A stretch of DNA of 64,000 nt from NCBI GenBank assembly GCA_964624065.1, contig CAZUWF010000001.1, positions 35,018 through 99,017 on the forward strand, written 5' to 3'. Below are positions 31,295 to 39,919 of this stretch, piece by piece. How positions within the stretch are numbered: position 1 is the stretch's first letter; each line of letters starts with the position of its first letter. Below the pieces are notes generated by a model. It did no database searches. It saw only the letters and a list, made by a program, of their open reading frames with translations, and was not told where the DNA came from. The DNA is from an uncultured Bacteroidales bacterium (lineage in GTDB: Bacteria > Bacteroidota > Bacteroidia > Bacteroidales > UBA7960). The translations under genes were made by a program, and so were the position numbers.

Positions 31295-32077
31295 ATGAAA
31301 GCATTCCATACCATAAAAATTATCATAAACGACCAAATTGCAACAATCTGGCTATCACGACCTGAGAAGCTCAACGCCATTGATCAGGAAATGGCTGTTG
31401 AACTCCGCGAGGCTTTAAATGCATTGGCGGTGGACGACGATGTAAGCGCGTTGGTATTGCGAGGAGAGGGTAGTGCCTTTTGTGCCGGAGCCGATTTGGG
31501 CTGGATGAACGACACCAATCTCGATCAAGATTGTCGGCCTGGCTCACTACTGCCCCCTTTGTTCAAAACCATTTTTTACTTTCCCAAACCATTGGTGGTA
31601 GTGGTACAGGGTAAGGCTCTGGGAGGTGCATTTGGACTTATGGTTGCAGGCGATTTTGTGCTGGCCTGCAGCGATGCCACCTTTGCATTTGCAGAGGTGA
31701 GGCTTGGGTTGGTTCCTGCCACCATATCGCCATTTGTTGTAAGGAGAATCGGGGAGTTCAAAGCACGCCAGCTAATGCTAAAAGGGGCGAGCTTCGGAGT
31801 CACTGATGCATTGCACGCAGGTCTGATTGACCTGGTAGCGCCATCTTCGGCCATGGAGAGCGAGCTGAAAAACCTTTGCCAGGAACTTCAAAAAAATGGG
31901 CCAGGGGCAATGCGCACCTGCAAGAGAATGTTAATTCACATATCAGAAAACAAGCTTGACAACAACCTGTTTGCTTACACCTCAGAAACGCTTGAAACCA
32001 TAAGGAGTGGAGCAGAAGCTCGCGAAGGAATGAATGCTTTCATTGAAAAGCGTCAAGCGGTATGGAGACAAAAATGA
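31295..32077 (+). CDS. enoyl-CoA hydratase/isomerase family protein, methylglutaconyl-CoA hydratase by context
   Basis: Crotonase fold (LSRPEKLNAI, GEGSAFCAGADL). The internal ATG at 31295 was chosen. The stop overlaps the next start (ATGA at 32074-32077). Confidence 0.85.
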   Translation: MKAFHTIKIIINDQIATIWLSRPEKLNAIDQEMAVELREALNALAVDDDVSALVLRGEGSAFCAGADLGWMNDTNLDQDCRPGSLLPPLFKTIFYFPKPLVVVVQGKALGGAFGLMVAGDFVLACSDATFAFAEVRLGLVPATISPFVVRRIGEFKARQLMLKGASFGVTDALHAGLIDLVAPSSAMESELKNLCQELQKNGPGAMRTCKRMLIHISENKLDNNLFAYTSETLETIRSGAEAREGMNAFIEKRQAVWRQK

Positions 32078-34065
32078 CTGAAGCAAGGAACATAAACAAA
32101 GTTTTGGTAGCCAACCGTGGTGAAATTGCGGTTAGGGTTTTTGACACACTGCACCAATTGGGCATTTGCTCCGTGGCAGTTTGTACAGAGGCCGATGCCG
32201 GAGCTCTTCATTGCCAAATTGCTGCAGAAAGGCACATGCTTAAAGGCAAAACACTTGCAGAAACCTACCTGAATGGCTCTCAATTGATTGACATTGCCAA
32301 AAGGTGCGGTGCCGATGCCATTCACCCCGGCTATGGGTTCTTGTCCGAAAACTCCGATTTTGCGCAATCTGTTGTTGATGCGGGTCTGGTTTTCATTGGT
32401 CCTCCTGCGGAAGCCATCCGCAAAATGGGTAACAAAAAGCAGGCCAGGGCCATTGCCAAAGAATTGGGCATACCTGTGGTAGAAGGAGGGGAAGGGACAA
32501 AAGAAGAACTATTGGAAAAGGCAAGGGGCATTGAATATCCCATAATTATCAAAGCCAACGCCGGGGGTGGGGGTAAGGGAATGCGAATAGTTTTTTCGGA
32601 AGGCCAACTTTATGAGTTTTTGGAAGCAACCCAACGCGAAGCCCAAAATTATTTTGGCAATCCTGAGGTTTACATTGAGAAGTACCTCACAAACCCCAAG
32701 CACATCGAAATTCAGGTTTTGGGCGACAAGCACGGGCAGATTGTAACTTTTTTGGAACGCGAATGTTCGGTTCAAAGACGCCATCAAAAGATAATTGAAG
32801 AATCGCCGGCCCCAAATCTTACCCAATCACTTCGTGACGAACTGCAAAATGCAGCCCGTAGGCTCGCACAACACATACAATACGAAAGTGCTGGTACCGT
32901 TGAATTTCTCGTGCAAGGCGAGAATTTTTATTTTCTGGAAATGAATACCCGAATTCAGGTCGAACACCCGGTTACGGAAATGATTGCCGGAATAGACCTT
33001 GTAAGCGAGCAAATCAAAATTGCATCAGGCAGGCCGCTTGGCTTTTTGCAACAACGCATAAACACAACCGGCCACGCAATTGAAGTGCGGGTCTATGCCG
33101 AAGATCCCGACAATGATTTCACGCCATCGCCAGGCGACATTCTGCTGTACCAAAAACCCGAAGGTAGCGGCCTTAGAATCGACAGCTCCCTCAATGGCCC
33201 GGGTACGGTAAGCAGTTTATACGATCCAATGGTTAGTAAGGTGATTTTTCGCGCCGGCACCAGAGAAACTGCAAGAAAAGAATTAATTCAGCACCTGAAA
33301 AACTACATAATAATAGGAGTTAAAACCAACCTTGCCTATTTGACCGAGCTTTTGTCGTCCAATGCATTCATTGAAGGTGCTTTCCACACCAACCTTATTG
33401 ATGACGCCCCTGAGTTGTTTGGCAAAAAACGCAATAAACCCATTACCGATAAATTGCTTTTGGCAATGGCGTTTACGTTTATTTGTCAATCGGCCAACAA
33501 GAAAGCCAACAATATATGGCAAAGTATTGGCCCTTGGCGATTGATGCCACGGGCTAACCTTCTAATTGACCAAGAAAGGCTTGAACAAGATTACGTCTAT
33601 CACAATCCTCGGGAGATATCAATCCAGAATGGCCTTGGTCAAAAAACATTTAGGCTTTTGGAGCGCACCAACCACTCCTTGATTGTTGAGGTCGGTGGCA
33701 CCAGCCACACAATACATTACTTGGCAACTAACGGCGAGGTAAACTTTCAGTACGAGGCTACTACGGCAAGTGTAAAGCCGCCCAAACATCTGGGTCAGGA
33801 CATTCTCTCCGACATTAACACCAACACTGAAATGGAAGGGGAAATGATAAAACGCGCACCATTGCTCGGGACCGTCGTAAAAGTTTCGGTCAATGAAGGC
33901 GACCTGGTCAACAGGGGAGATGCCTTGGTAATACTTGAATCAATGAAAATGGAAAATATAATCGTTGCAACCGCTAGAGCTTTTGTGAAGAAGATTGAGG
34001 TTAAAGTGGGTGACGTGGTAGCCTATGATAGCCCCTTGGTGCATTTGTCAAAGATCTATGTGTAA
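32074..34065 (+). CDS. biotin carboxylase + BCCP fusion (methylcrotonoyl-CoA carboxylase alpha subunit by context)
   Basis: KVLVANRGEIAVRV, ATP-grasp motifs, EMNTRIQVEHPVTE, and a C-terminal biotinyl domain ILESMKMEN. Confidence 0.9.
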   Translation: MTEARNINKVLVANRGEIAVRVFDTLHQLGICSVAVCTEADAGALHCQIAAERHMLKGKTLAETYLNGSQLIDIAKRCGADAIHPGYGFLSENSDFAQSVVDAGLVFIGPPAEAIRKMGNKKQARAIAKELGIPVVEGGEGTKEELLEKARGIEYPIIIKANAGGGGKGMRIVFSEGQLYEFLEATQREAQNYFGNPEVYIEKYLTNPKHIEIQVLGDKHGQIVTFLERECSVQRRHQKIIEESPAPNLTQSLRDELQNAARRLAQHIQYESAGTVEFLVQGENFYFLEMNTRIQVEHPVTEMIAGIDLVSEQIKIASGRPLGFLQQRINTTGHAIEVRVYAEDPDNDFTPSPGDILLYQKPEGSGLRIDSSLNGPGTVSSLYDPMVSKVIFRAGTRETARKELIQHLKNYIIIGVKTNLAYLTELLSSNAFIEGAFHTNLIDDAPELFGKKRNKPITDKLLLAMAFTFICQSANKKANNIWQSIGPWRLMPRANLLIDQERLEQDYVYHNPREISIQNGLGQKTFRLLERTNHSLIVEVGGTSHTIHYLATNGEVNFQYEATTASVKPPKHLGQDILSDINTNTEMEGEMIKRAPLLGTVVKVSVNEGDLVNRGDALVILESMKMENIIVATARAFVKKIEVKVGDVVAYDSPLVHLSKIYV

Positions 34066-34066
34066 A

Positions 34067-34094
34067 CAAAACCCTCAACAATTAAGGGTTTTTT
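34067..34094 (+). terminator. hairpin plus T-tract after the carboxylase alpha gene (possible attenuating terminator)
   Basis: aaaaccct-caacaatta-agggtttt, then ttgtgttt. This is an 8-bp, A/U-rich stem starting 2 nt after the stop. Confidence 0.45.
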
Positions 34095-34168
34095 GTGTTT
34101 CATCCAATTAAAGAGCCAGTTGTTACAGCAATTTTTTTACTTTTAGCAAGTCATAACATGTTTTATTG

Positions 34169-35320
34169 ATGATTACCAGTCCTTACCTAACCCAATCCCA
34201 CCATGATTTAAGGCAGCGAGTGCGTGAGTTTGCCGAGAGAGAGATAAAGCCCATTGCGGCCGAGCTTGATGAAGGTGAGATTTTTTCGAACGAACTAACT
34301 GCCCGAATGGGCCAAATGGGATTTTTTGGCATCCAGGCACCCAAAGAGCTTGGCGGCCAAGACCTTGATACTTTGTCTTACATTATTATTGTTGAGGAAC
34401 TTGCGCGTGTTGATAGTTCGCAAGCCGCCACGGTTGCAGCCGTCAACTCCTTGGGCATTGCCCCCATATTAAAGTATGGCACCGAGGAGCAAAAGCAACG
34501 ATTCATTCCCAAGCTTTGCACCGGAACGATGATATGGGCCTTTGGGCTCACCGAAGAAAACGCTGGCTCTGATGCCCTGGGTGCAGAAACCACGGCAGAA
34601 TTGGCTGACGGACTTTGGGTTATAAACGGCAGTAAGCGACACATTACCAACTCGGCCGCCGACATTTCGGGGGGTGTAACCTTACTGGCTGTAACGGGCG
34701 AAAATAAAGGCAGGAAGAAGCTGTCAACAATCCTTGTTGAGCGTGGCACACCTGGATACAATGTGGAGCGCATGACAGGCAAAATGATGTGGCGAGCCAG
34801 CGATACTGGCAAATTGTTTTTCAATGATTGCAAGGTGCCCAAAGAGAATCTTCTGGGAGAGGAAGGCCAAGGAGGCCGCATAATGCTAAACACCCTCGAC
34901 TCAGGGCGACTTTCCATTGCAGCCATAGGATTAGGTCTTGCCCGCGGTGCCATGGAGGCATCGGTAGAGTACGCCAAAAGTAGGAGTCAATTCGGAAAAC
35001 CCATTTCAAAGTTTCAAGTTGTTAGCTTCAAACTCGCTGATATGGATATGAAAATAGAATTGGCTAAAAACACACTTTATCATGCATGCTGGTTAAAAGA
35101 CAACAATATTCAGTATGGTCGTGAAGCGGCAATGTCAAAATTGTACGCTTCGGAGATTGCCAGAGAAATTGCCAACGAAGCAGTTCAAATTCACGGTGGC
35201 AACGGCCTGTTCAAACCACACCCGGTTGAAAGGTTTTATCGCGACCAGCGATTGCTGCAAATTGGAGAGGGCACTTCAGAAATATTACGCCTCGTAATAT
35301 CAAGATATTTAGGCTTGTAA
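34169..35320 (+). CDS. acyl-CoA dehydrogenase (SCAD/MCAD-type catalytic Glu); candidate isovaleryl-CoA dehydrogenase by context only
   Basis: 383 aa from the ATG at 34169 (the track start at 34166 is TTG). GLTEENAGSD, and the C-terminal QIGEGTSEILRLVISR. Confidence 0.9.
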   Translation: MITSPYLTQSHHDLRQRVREFAEREIKPIAAELDEGEIFSNELTARMGQMGFFGIQAPKELGGQDLDTLSYIIIVEELARVDSSQAATVAAVNSLGIAPILKYGTEEQKQRFIPKLCTGTMIWAFGLTEENAGSDALGAETTAELADGLWVINGSKRHITNSAADISGGVTLLAVTGENKGRKKLSTILVERGTPGYNVERMTGKMMWRASDTGKLFFNDCKVPKENLLGEEGQGGRIMLNTLDSGRLSIAAIGLGLARGAMEASVEYAKSRSQFGKPISKFQVVSFKLADMDMKIELAKNTLYHACWLKDNNIQYGREAAMSKLYASEIAREIANEAVQIHGGNGLFKPHPVERFYRDQRLLQIGEGTSEILRLVISRYLGL

Positions 35321-35329
35321 AAAGTAGCC

Positions 35330-36331
35330 ATGGAGCAAAGGAAAAAAGAACACATTGAACTTGCATTTGACTCGCAGGTAGCCGCTAAGGACCTTGATGC
35401 CAGGTTTGATTATGAGCCCATGCTCAGTCCCCATCCAAATGGGTCAACCATCCCTACCACTCATTTTTTGGGTAAGGAGCAAAAGCTGCCAATGTGGGTG
35501 TCGTCAATGACTGGAGGCACCGAAATGGCCGGTAAAATAAATCGTAACCTAGCCAAAGCTTGCAGGGAGTTCGGCATTGGAATGGGATTGGGGTCTTGTC
35601 GTAGCATTATTGACGATGATGCCTATTTGGCCGATTTTGATATGAGGGATTTAGTTGGCGATGATCTTCCCTTATATGCAAACCTCGGTATCAACCAGGT
35701 GGAAACACTTTGCCTGAACAAGCAAGTTGACAAAATTACCCGATTGGTGGAAAAGCTCCGCGCCGACGGGCTTTTCATCCACGTAAACCCCTTTCAGGAA
35801 TGGTTTCAGCCCGAAGGTGATAGACTGGTACGACCTCCGATTGAATCGGTGCAAGAACTGCTCGAACTAGTTAACTTTCCAATAATTGTTAAGGAAGTAG
35901 GGCAGGGGATGGGTTTAGAAAGTCTGCGGGCATTGCTTAAATTGCCTGTAGCGGGAGTAGAATTTGGGGCTTTTGGAGGCACCAACTTTGCGAAACTTGA
36001 ATTGATGCGTAACAATGAGAAAACCAAGGAGGTTTTCGAACCACTTTCAAACATAGGGCACGATGCCTATCAAATGGTAGGTATGGTAAATAGTCTGGTG
36101 GCCGAGGAAGGTGACAAAATAAAATGTAATCAGCTTATAATATCAGGAGGAATTAAGTCATACATTGACGGGTATTACCTAATAAATAAATCAAAAATTC
36201 CGGCCATTTACGGACAGGCCTCCACTTTTCTTAAATATGCTATAGAGAATTATGAGCCATTGAGAGAGTACATCTCACATCAAGTGAGCGGGCTTAAAAT
36301 GGCGTATGCCTACTTGCGTGTTCGGGAGTAA
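35330..36331 (+). CDS. fni: type 2 (FMN-dependent) isopentenyl-diphosphate delta-isomerase
   Basis: 333 aa. MEQRKKEHIELA, VSSMTGGT, GVEFGAFGGTNFA and ISGGI are IDI-2 hallmarks. It starts 9 nt after the ACAD stop. Confidence 0.93.
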   Translation: MEQRKKEHIELAFDSQVAAKDLDARFDYEPMLSPHPNGSTIPTTHFLGKEQKLPMWVSSMTGGTEMAGKINRNLAKACREFGIGMGLGSCRSIIDDDAYLADFDMRDLVGDDLPLYANLGINQVETLCLNKQVDKITRLVEKLRADGLFIHVNPFQEWFQPEGDRLVRPPIESVQELLELVNFPIIVKEVGQGMGLESLRALLKLPVAGVEFGAFGGTNFAKLELMRNNEKTKEVFEPLSNIGHDAYQMVGMVNSLVAEEGDKIKCNQLIISGGIKSYIDGYYLINKSKIPAIYGQASTFLKYAIENYEPLREYISHQVSGLKMAYAYLRVRE

Positions 36332-36378
36332 GCAGACAGTTTCTGCTTTTTGGCACCCCAATCTAACCAACCTCCACT

Positions 36379-37698
36379 ATGAAAGTGCCCCAGCAAATAA
36401 TCAAAGGCTTTTCGAAAATTTCAAACTCCGAAAAACTTGATCTGATTTCGAAGTTTTTTGAGGATCCAAAAAACATTAAACTTCAATTCGAATCGTTTCT
36501 TTATCCTGATTCTAAGGTTCAAGATATTCTCTTGCAAATAAGCGAAAACACAATAAGCAACTTCCCGCTTCCTTTCAATGTTGTGCCAAACTTTTTGGTG
36601 AACGACAAAATGTACGTATTACCCATGGTAACGGAAGAAAGTTCGGTTGTTGCGGCAGCTTCGTCAGCTGCCCGGTTTTGGGCCGAAAGGGGTGGTTTCA
36701 GGGCTCGAACAATCAACAACCTAAAGAACGGCCAACTGCATTTTCTCTACGCAGGTGATCCTGAAAAATTAAAGGCGAGTTTCCCTGAATTAAAATCATT
36801 CCTTTTGGATTACGTGAAGCCTGTTACAAAAAATATGGAAGGAAGGGGAGGAGGGGTTGTAAGCCTAGAACTAAAGGACAAGACCACCGACATTCCAAAA
36901 TACTTTCAACTGGATGTGGGATTCAGAACTCAGGACGCCATGGGGGCCAACTTCATCAACACCTGCCTGGAAGAACTTTCGGCGGGTATGTATGGATGGT
37001 TAAGCATTTCGGAGGCTTTCAATTCTGATGATTTTGAGCCGCTTATGGCCATTCTTTCCAATTACAACGATGGGTGCATTGTAAAAGTTTCGGTGTCTTG
37101 CAGCCTTACTGACCTTGAGGCTGCCACCAAAGGTTTTGGTAGAAAGGAGTTTGCCCGTCGCTTTGCACTGGCGGTGCAAATTGCAAACATTGACGTGCGC
37201 AGGGCCACCACGCACAACAAGGGAATAATGAATGGTGTTGATGCTCTGGTTTTGGCCACAGGAAATGATTTTCGTGCAGTGGAAGCCGGTGCCCACGCAT
37301 GGGCCGCACGCTCGGGAACCTATAAGTCGCTTAGTCGAGTCGAAATTGAAAACGACACTTTCAGTTATATTTTGGAAATACCCATTGCCCTCGGCACAAT
37401 TGGTGGGCTTACGGGCATACATCCTCTTGCAAGGCTTTCGTTGGAAATGCTTGGCAACCCGAGCTCAGAGGAGCTAATGATGCTGGCGGCATCCGCGGGG
37501 CTGGCAAACAACTTTGCAGCGGTTAAATCATTAACCACCACCGGTATTCAGGCAGGTCATATGAAAATGCACTTGCCAAATATTTTATTGCAGCTTAAGG
37601 CAACACCAGAAGAATCGGAAAGAGCAAAATCGCATTTCAAAGACAAGAAAGTGTCGCACCAGTCGGTTTCGCGGTATCTTCATGAATTGCGGAATTAA
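36379..37698 (+). CDS. mvaA: hydroxymethylglutaryl-CoA reductase, class II
   Basis: 439 aa. VLPMVTEESSVVAAASSAA, DAMGANFIN, ATHNKGIMNG and GTIGG are class II HMGR motifs. Confidence 0.93.
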   Translation: MKVPQQIIKGFSKISNSEKLDLISKFFEDPKNIKLQFESFLYPDSKVQDILLQISENTISNFPLPFNVVPNFLVNDKMYVLPMVTEESSVVAAASSAARFWAERGGFRARTINNLKNGQLHFLYAGDPEKLKASFPELKSFLLDYVKPVTKNMEGRGGGVVSLELKDKTTDIPKYFQLDVGFRTQDAMGANFINTCLEELSAGMYGWLSISEAFNSDDFEPLMAILSNYNDGCIVKVSVSCSLTDLEAATKGFGRKEFARRFALAVQIANIDVRRATTHNKGIMNGVDALVLATGNDFRAVEAGAHAWAARSGTYKSLSRVEIENDTFSYILEIPIALGTIGGLTGIHPLARLSLEMLGNPSSEELMMLAASAGLANNFAAVKSLTTTGIQAGHMKMHLPNILLQLKATPEESERAKSHFKDKKVSHQSVSRYLHELRN

Positions 37699-37720
37699 TG
37701 GTTAATATTCAATGGTTAAT
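37697..37720 (+). repeat. 10-nt direct repeat AATGGTTAAT x2 with 14-nt period, overlapping the HMGR stop codon
   Basis: AATGGTTAAT occurs at 37697-37706 and again at 37711-37720. It heads a 173-nt gap inside the otherwise tightly packed operon. Confidence 0.6.
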
Positions 37721-37871
37721 TATTTATGAAAACCAAACCTTGTTCTGCGGTGAGAGGTAAGCTTCAAGGGTTAGGCATTAACCTTCTAAAATCAGGGGTG
37801 AGCCGTTTGGTGTGACCGTTCAATCTACTTTGCATTTTTCATTGGATTATTTAAATAAACCAGCCTTTTGC

Positions 37872-38816
37872 ATGACCACGAAATTGCGCTTCGAATCACG
37901 CGGAAAACTGATGATAGCCGGAGAGTACCTGGTTTTGGCAGGGGCAAAAGCTCTTGCCATACCAGTGAGGTTCGGACAATCATTAAGCATAGAGGCCTTC
38001 CGGTACGGGCAACCAACAATTGATTGGGAGACCTACATTAAAGGTAACTTGTGGTTGAAAACAAGGTTTGTTGGAAGCAACCTTGATGCTCATCTGGCCA
38101 AGGAAGAAGACAACAGGCACATATACTGGCTAAGGGAAATTTTGATGGCTGCCCGTAAACTCAATCCTGAATTTCTCAAAAGCAACTTCGGGTGGGGGGT
38201 AAAAGCCGAAATAGATTTTGACATCAATTGGGGGTTGGGCAGCAGTTCCACTTTGATATCAAACATAGCCCTTTGGGCAAATGTTGATCAATTTAAATTA
38301 CATTTTATGGTGTCGGAAGGATCTGCCTACGATATTGCATGCGCCAGAAGCACCAAACCTATACTTTACACCTACATGGGAAGTGGTGCCAACCCTGAAG
38401 TTGAGCCAATTTCATTTAACCCTATTTTTTCGTCGCGGCTATTTTTCGTGTATAGTGGCAACAAGCAAAGCTCCGAAGTCAGCATTAGAACCTTCGATGC
38501 CAAACTTGTAAGCCCCGCCGATGTGCTATCCATTACCAAGATTTCTGAAGGAATGGCCAGAACTGACAGCTTGCCGGATTTTATGAAAATGATGGTACAA
38601 CACGAGTCGATAATTTCAAAATACACAGGGCTCCCTCCCATCAAACAGTATCTTTTCGATGACTTTCAGGGAGAAGTTAAGTCTCTTGGTGCCTGGGGTG
38701 GCGATTTTTTTCTTGCAGCCTCACAAGCCTCCCCCGAAAATATTGTTTCTTTCTTTAATAGAAAAGGATTTGATACAATTTTCTCCTTTGAGGAGATGGT
38801 TGCAAAAAATCCTTAA
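37872..38816 (+). CDS. GYDIA-family GHMP kinase (occupies the phosphomevalonate kinase slot)
   Basis: The ATG at 37872 gives MTTKLRFESRGKLMIAGEYLVLAGAKAL. GHMP motif II is NWGLGSSSTL. GSAYDIACA is the motif the family is named for. The track start at 37812 is GTG. Confidence 0.85.
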   Translation: MTTKLRFESRGKLMIAGEYLVLAGAKALAIPVRFGQSLSIEAFRYGQPTIDWETYIKGNLWLKTRFVGSNLDAHLAKEEDNRHIYWLREILMAARKLNPEFLKSNFGWGVKAEIDFDINWGLGSSSTLISNIALWANVDQFKLHFMVSEGSAYDIACARSTKPILYTYMGSGANPEVEPISFNPIFSSRLFFVYSGNKQSSEVSIRTFDAKLVSPADVLSITKISEGMARTDSLPDFMKMMVQHESIISKYTGLPPIKQYLFDDFQGEVKSLGAWGGDFFLAASQASPENIVSFFNRKGFDTIFSFEEMVAKNP

Positions 38817-38827
38817 ATAAGCATTTT

Positions 38828-39916
38828 ATGTACAGCACACCCTCCGTATCAAAAGAAACACCATCCAAGGCATCGGGTAATGTTTGCTGGGTAAGTCCCT
38901 CCAACATTGCCTTGATTAAATACTGGGGAAAAAGCACCGGACAAATTCCGTTGAATCCTTCAATTAGCTTCGTTTTGAGAGATAGCGTGGTTTCAATAAC
39001 GATTTCTTACGTTTTCGATCCTCAAAAAAGCTTTTGCCTCGAGTTATTCGAGCTTAACGGTAGTCCTAATGCAGAATTTTCTGGTCGCATCGAAAAACAC
39101 CTTGAAAGCCTGAAAAACCTTTTACCTTTTTTGAATCACCTGCAATTGAGGGTTAAAAGCAAAAGCACCTTTCCCCATTCTGCCGGGATTGCTTCCTCGG
39201 CTGCCGCATTCAGCGCCTTAGCTTTGTGTCTTTGCACCATTGAGGCAGAATTGCTTGGAACCGATCGAGATGGAGATGTGTTTTACCAGCGAGCCTCATT
39301 CTTTGCCAGACTTGGCAGTGGAAGTGCATGCCGCTCGCTGTACGATGGAATGGTTTTGTGGGGAATGACAAACCTGTTTCCAAATTCGTCAGATATAAAG
39401 GCAATAAGGCTAGATGATTCGCAGGTTGACCCAATTTTTTTGACTTTGAGGGATGCGGTGCTTATTGTTGACGATTCGAAAAAAGAGATTGGCAGTTCGC
39501 AAGGCCACGAGCTTATGAACAATCACCCTTACCGTGAGCAGCGAGTTGCCCAGGCTAATGAAAACCTATCAAAACTCGTAGCGGCTCTAGCAAGCGGAAA
39601 CACTAATTTGTTTGCCGATGTGGTTGAGAACGAAGCACTGAGCCTGCATAGTCTTATGATGTCTTCAAATCCGGGCTACATTTTGATGAAACAAAACACA
39701 TTACTGATGATCGAAAAAATTCGCAAATTCAGGAAGAGTCAAAACGTTGATGTTTGTTTTTCACTTGATGCCGGTCCAAACATCCACCTGCTGTATTTTG
39801 AGAGGGACAAGGAGGCCGTCAAATCATTTATAACCAACGATCTTGCACATCTATGCATTAATGGTCGTTGGATTGATGACGCCATAGGCGTCGGGCCCAA
39901 ACGATGCAGCCCCTGA
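38828..39916 (+). CDS. mvaD: diphosphomevalonate decarboxylase
   Basis: 362 aa. SPSNIALIKYWGK, FPHSAGIASSAAAFSALA, GSGSACRS and FSLDAGPN are MDD hallmarks. Confidence 0.9.
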   Translation: MYSTPSVSKETPSKASGNVCWVSPSNIALIKYWGKSTGQIPLNPSISFVLRDSVVSITISYVFDPQKSFCLELFELNGSPNAEFSGRIEKHLESLKNLLPFLNHLQLRVKSKSTFPHSAGIASSAAAFSALALCLCTIEAELLGTDRDGDVFYQRASFFARLGSGSACRSLYDGMVLWGMTNLFPNSSDIKAIRLDDSQVDPIFLTLRDAVLIVDDSKKEIGSSQGHELMNNHPYREQRVAQANENLSKLVAALASGNTNLFADVVENEALSLHSLMMSSNPGYILMKQNTLLMIEKIRKFRKSQNVDVCFSLDAGPNIHLLYFERDKEAVKSFITNDLAHLCINGRWIDDAIGVGPKRCSP

Positions 39917-39919
39917 AAA

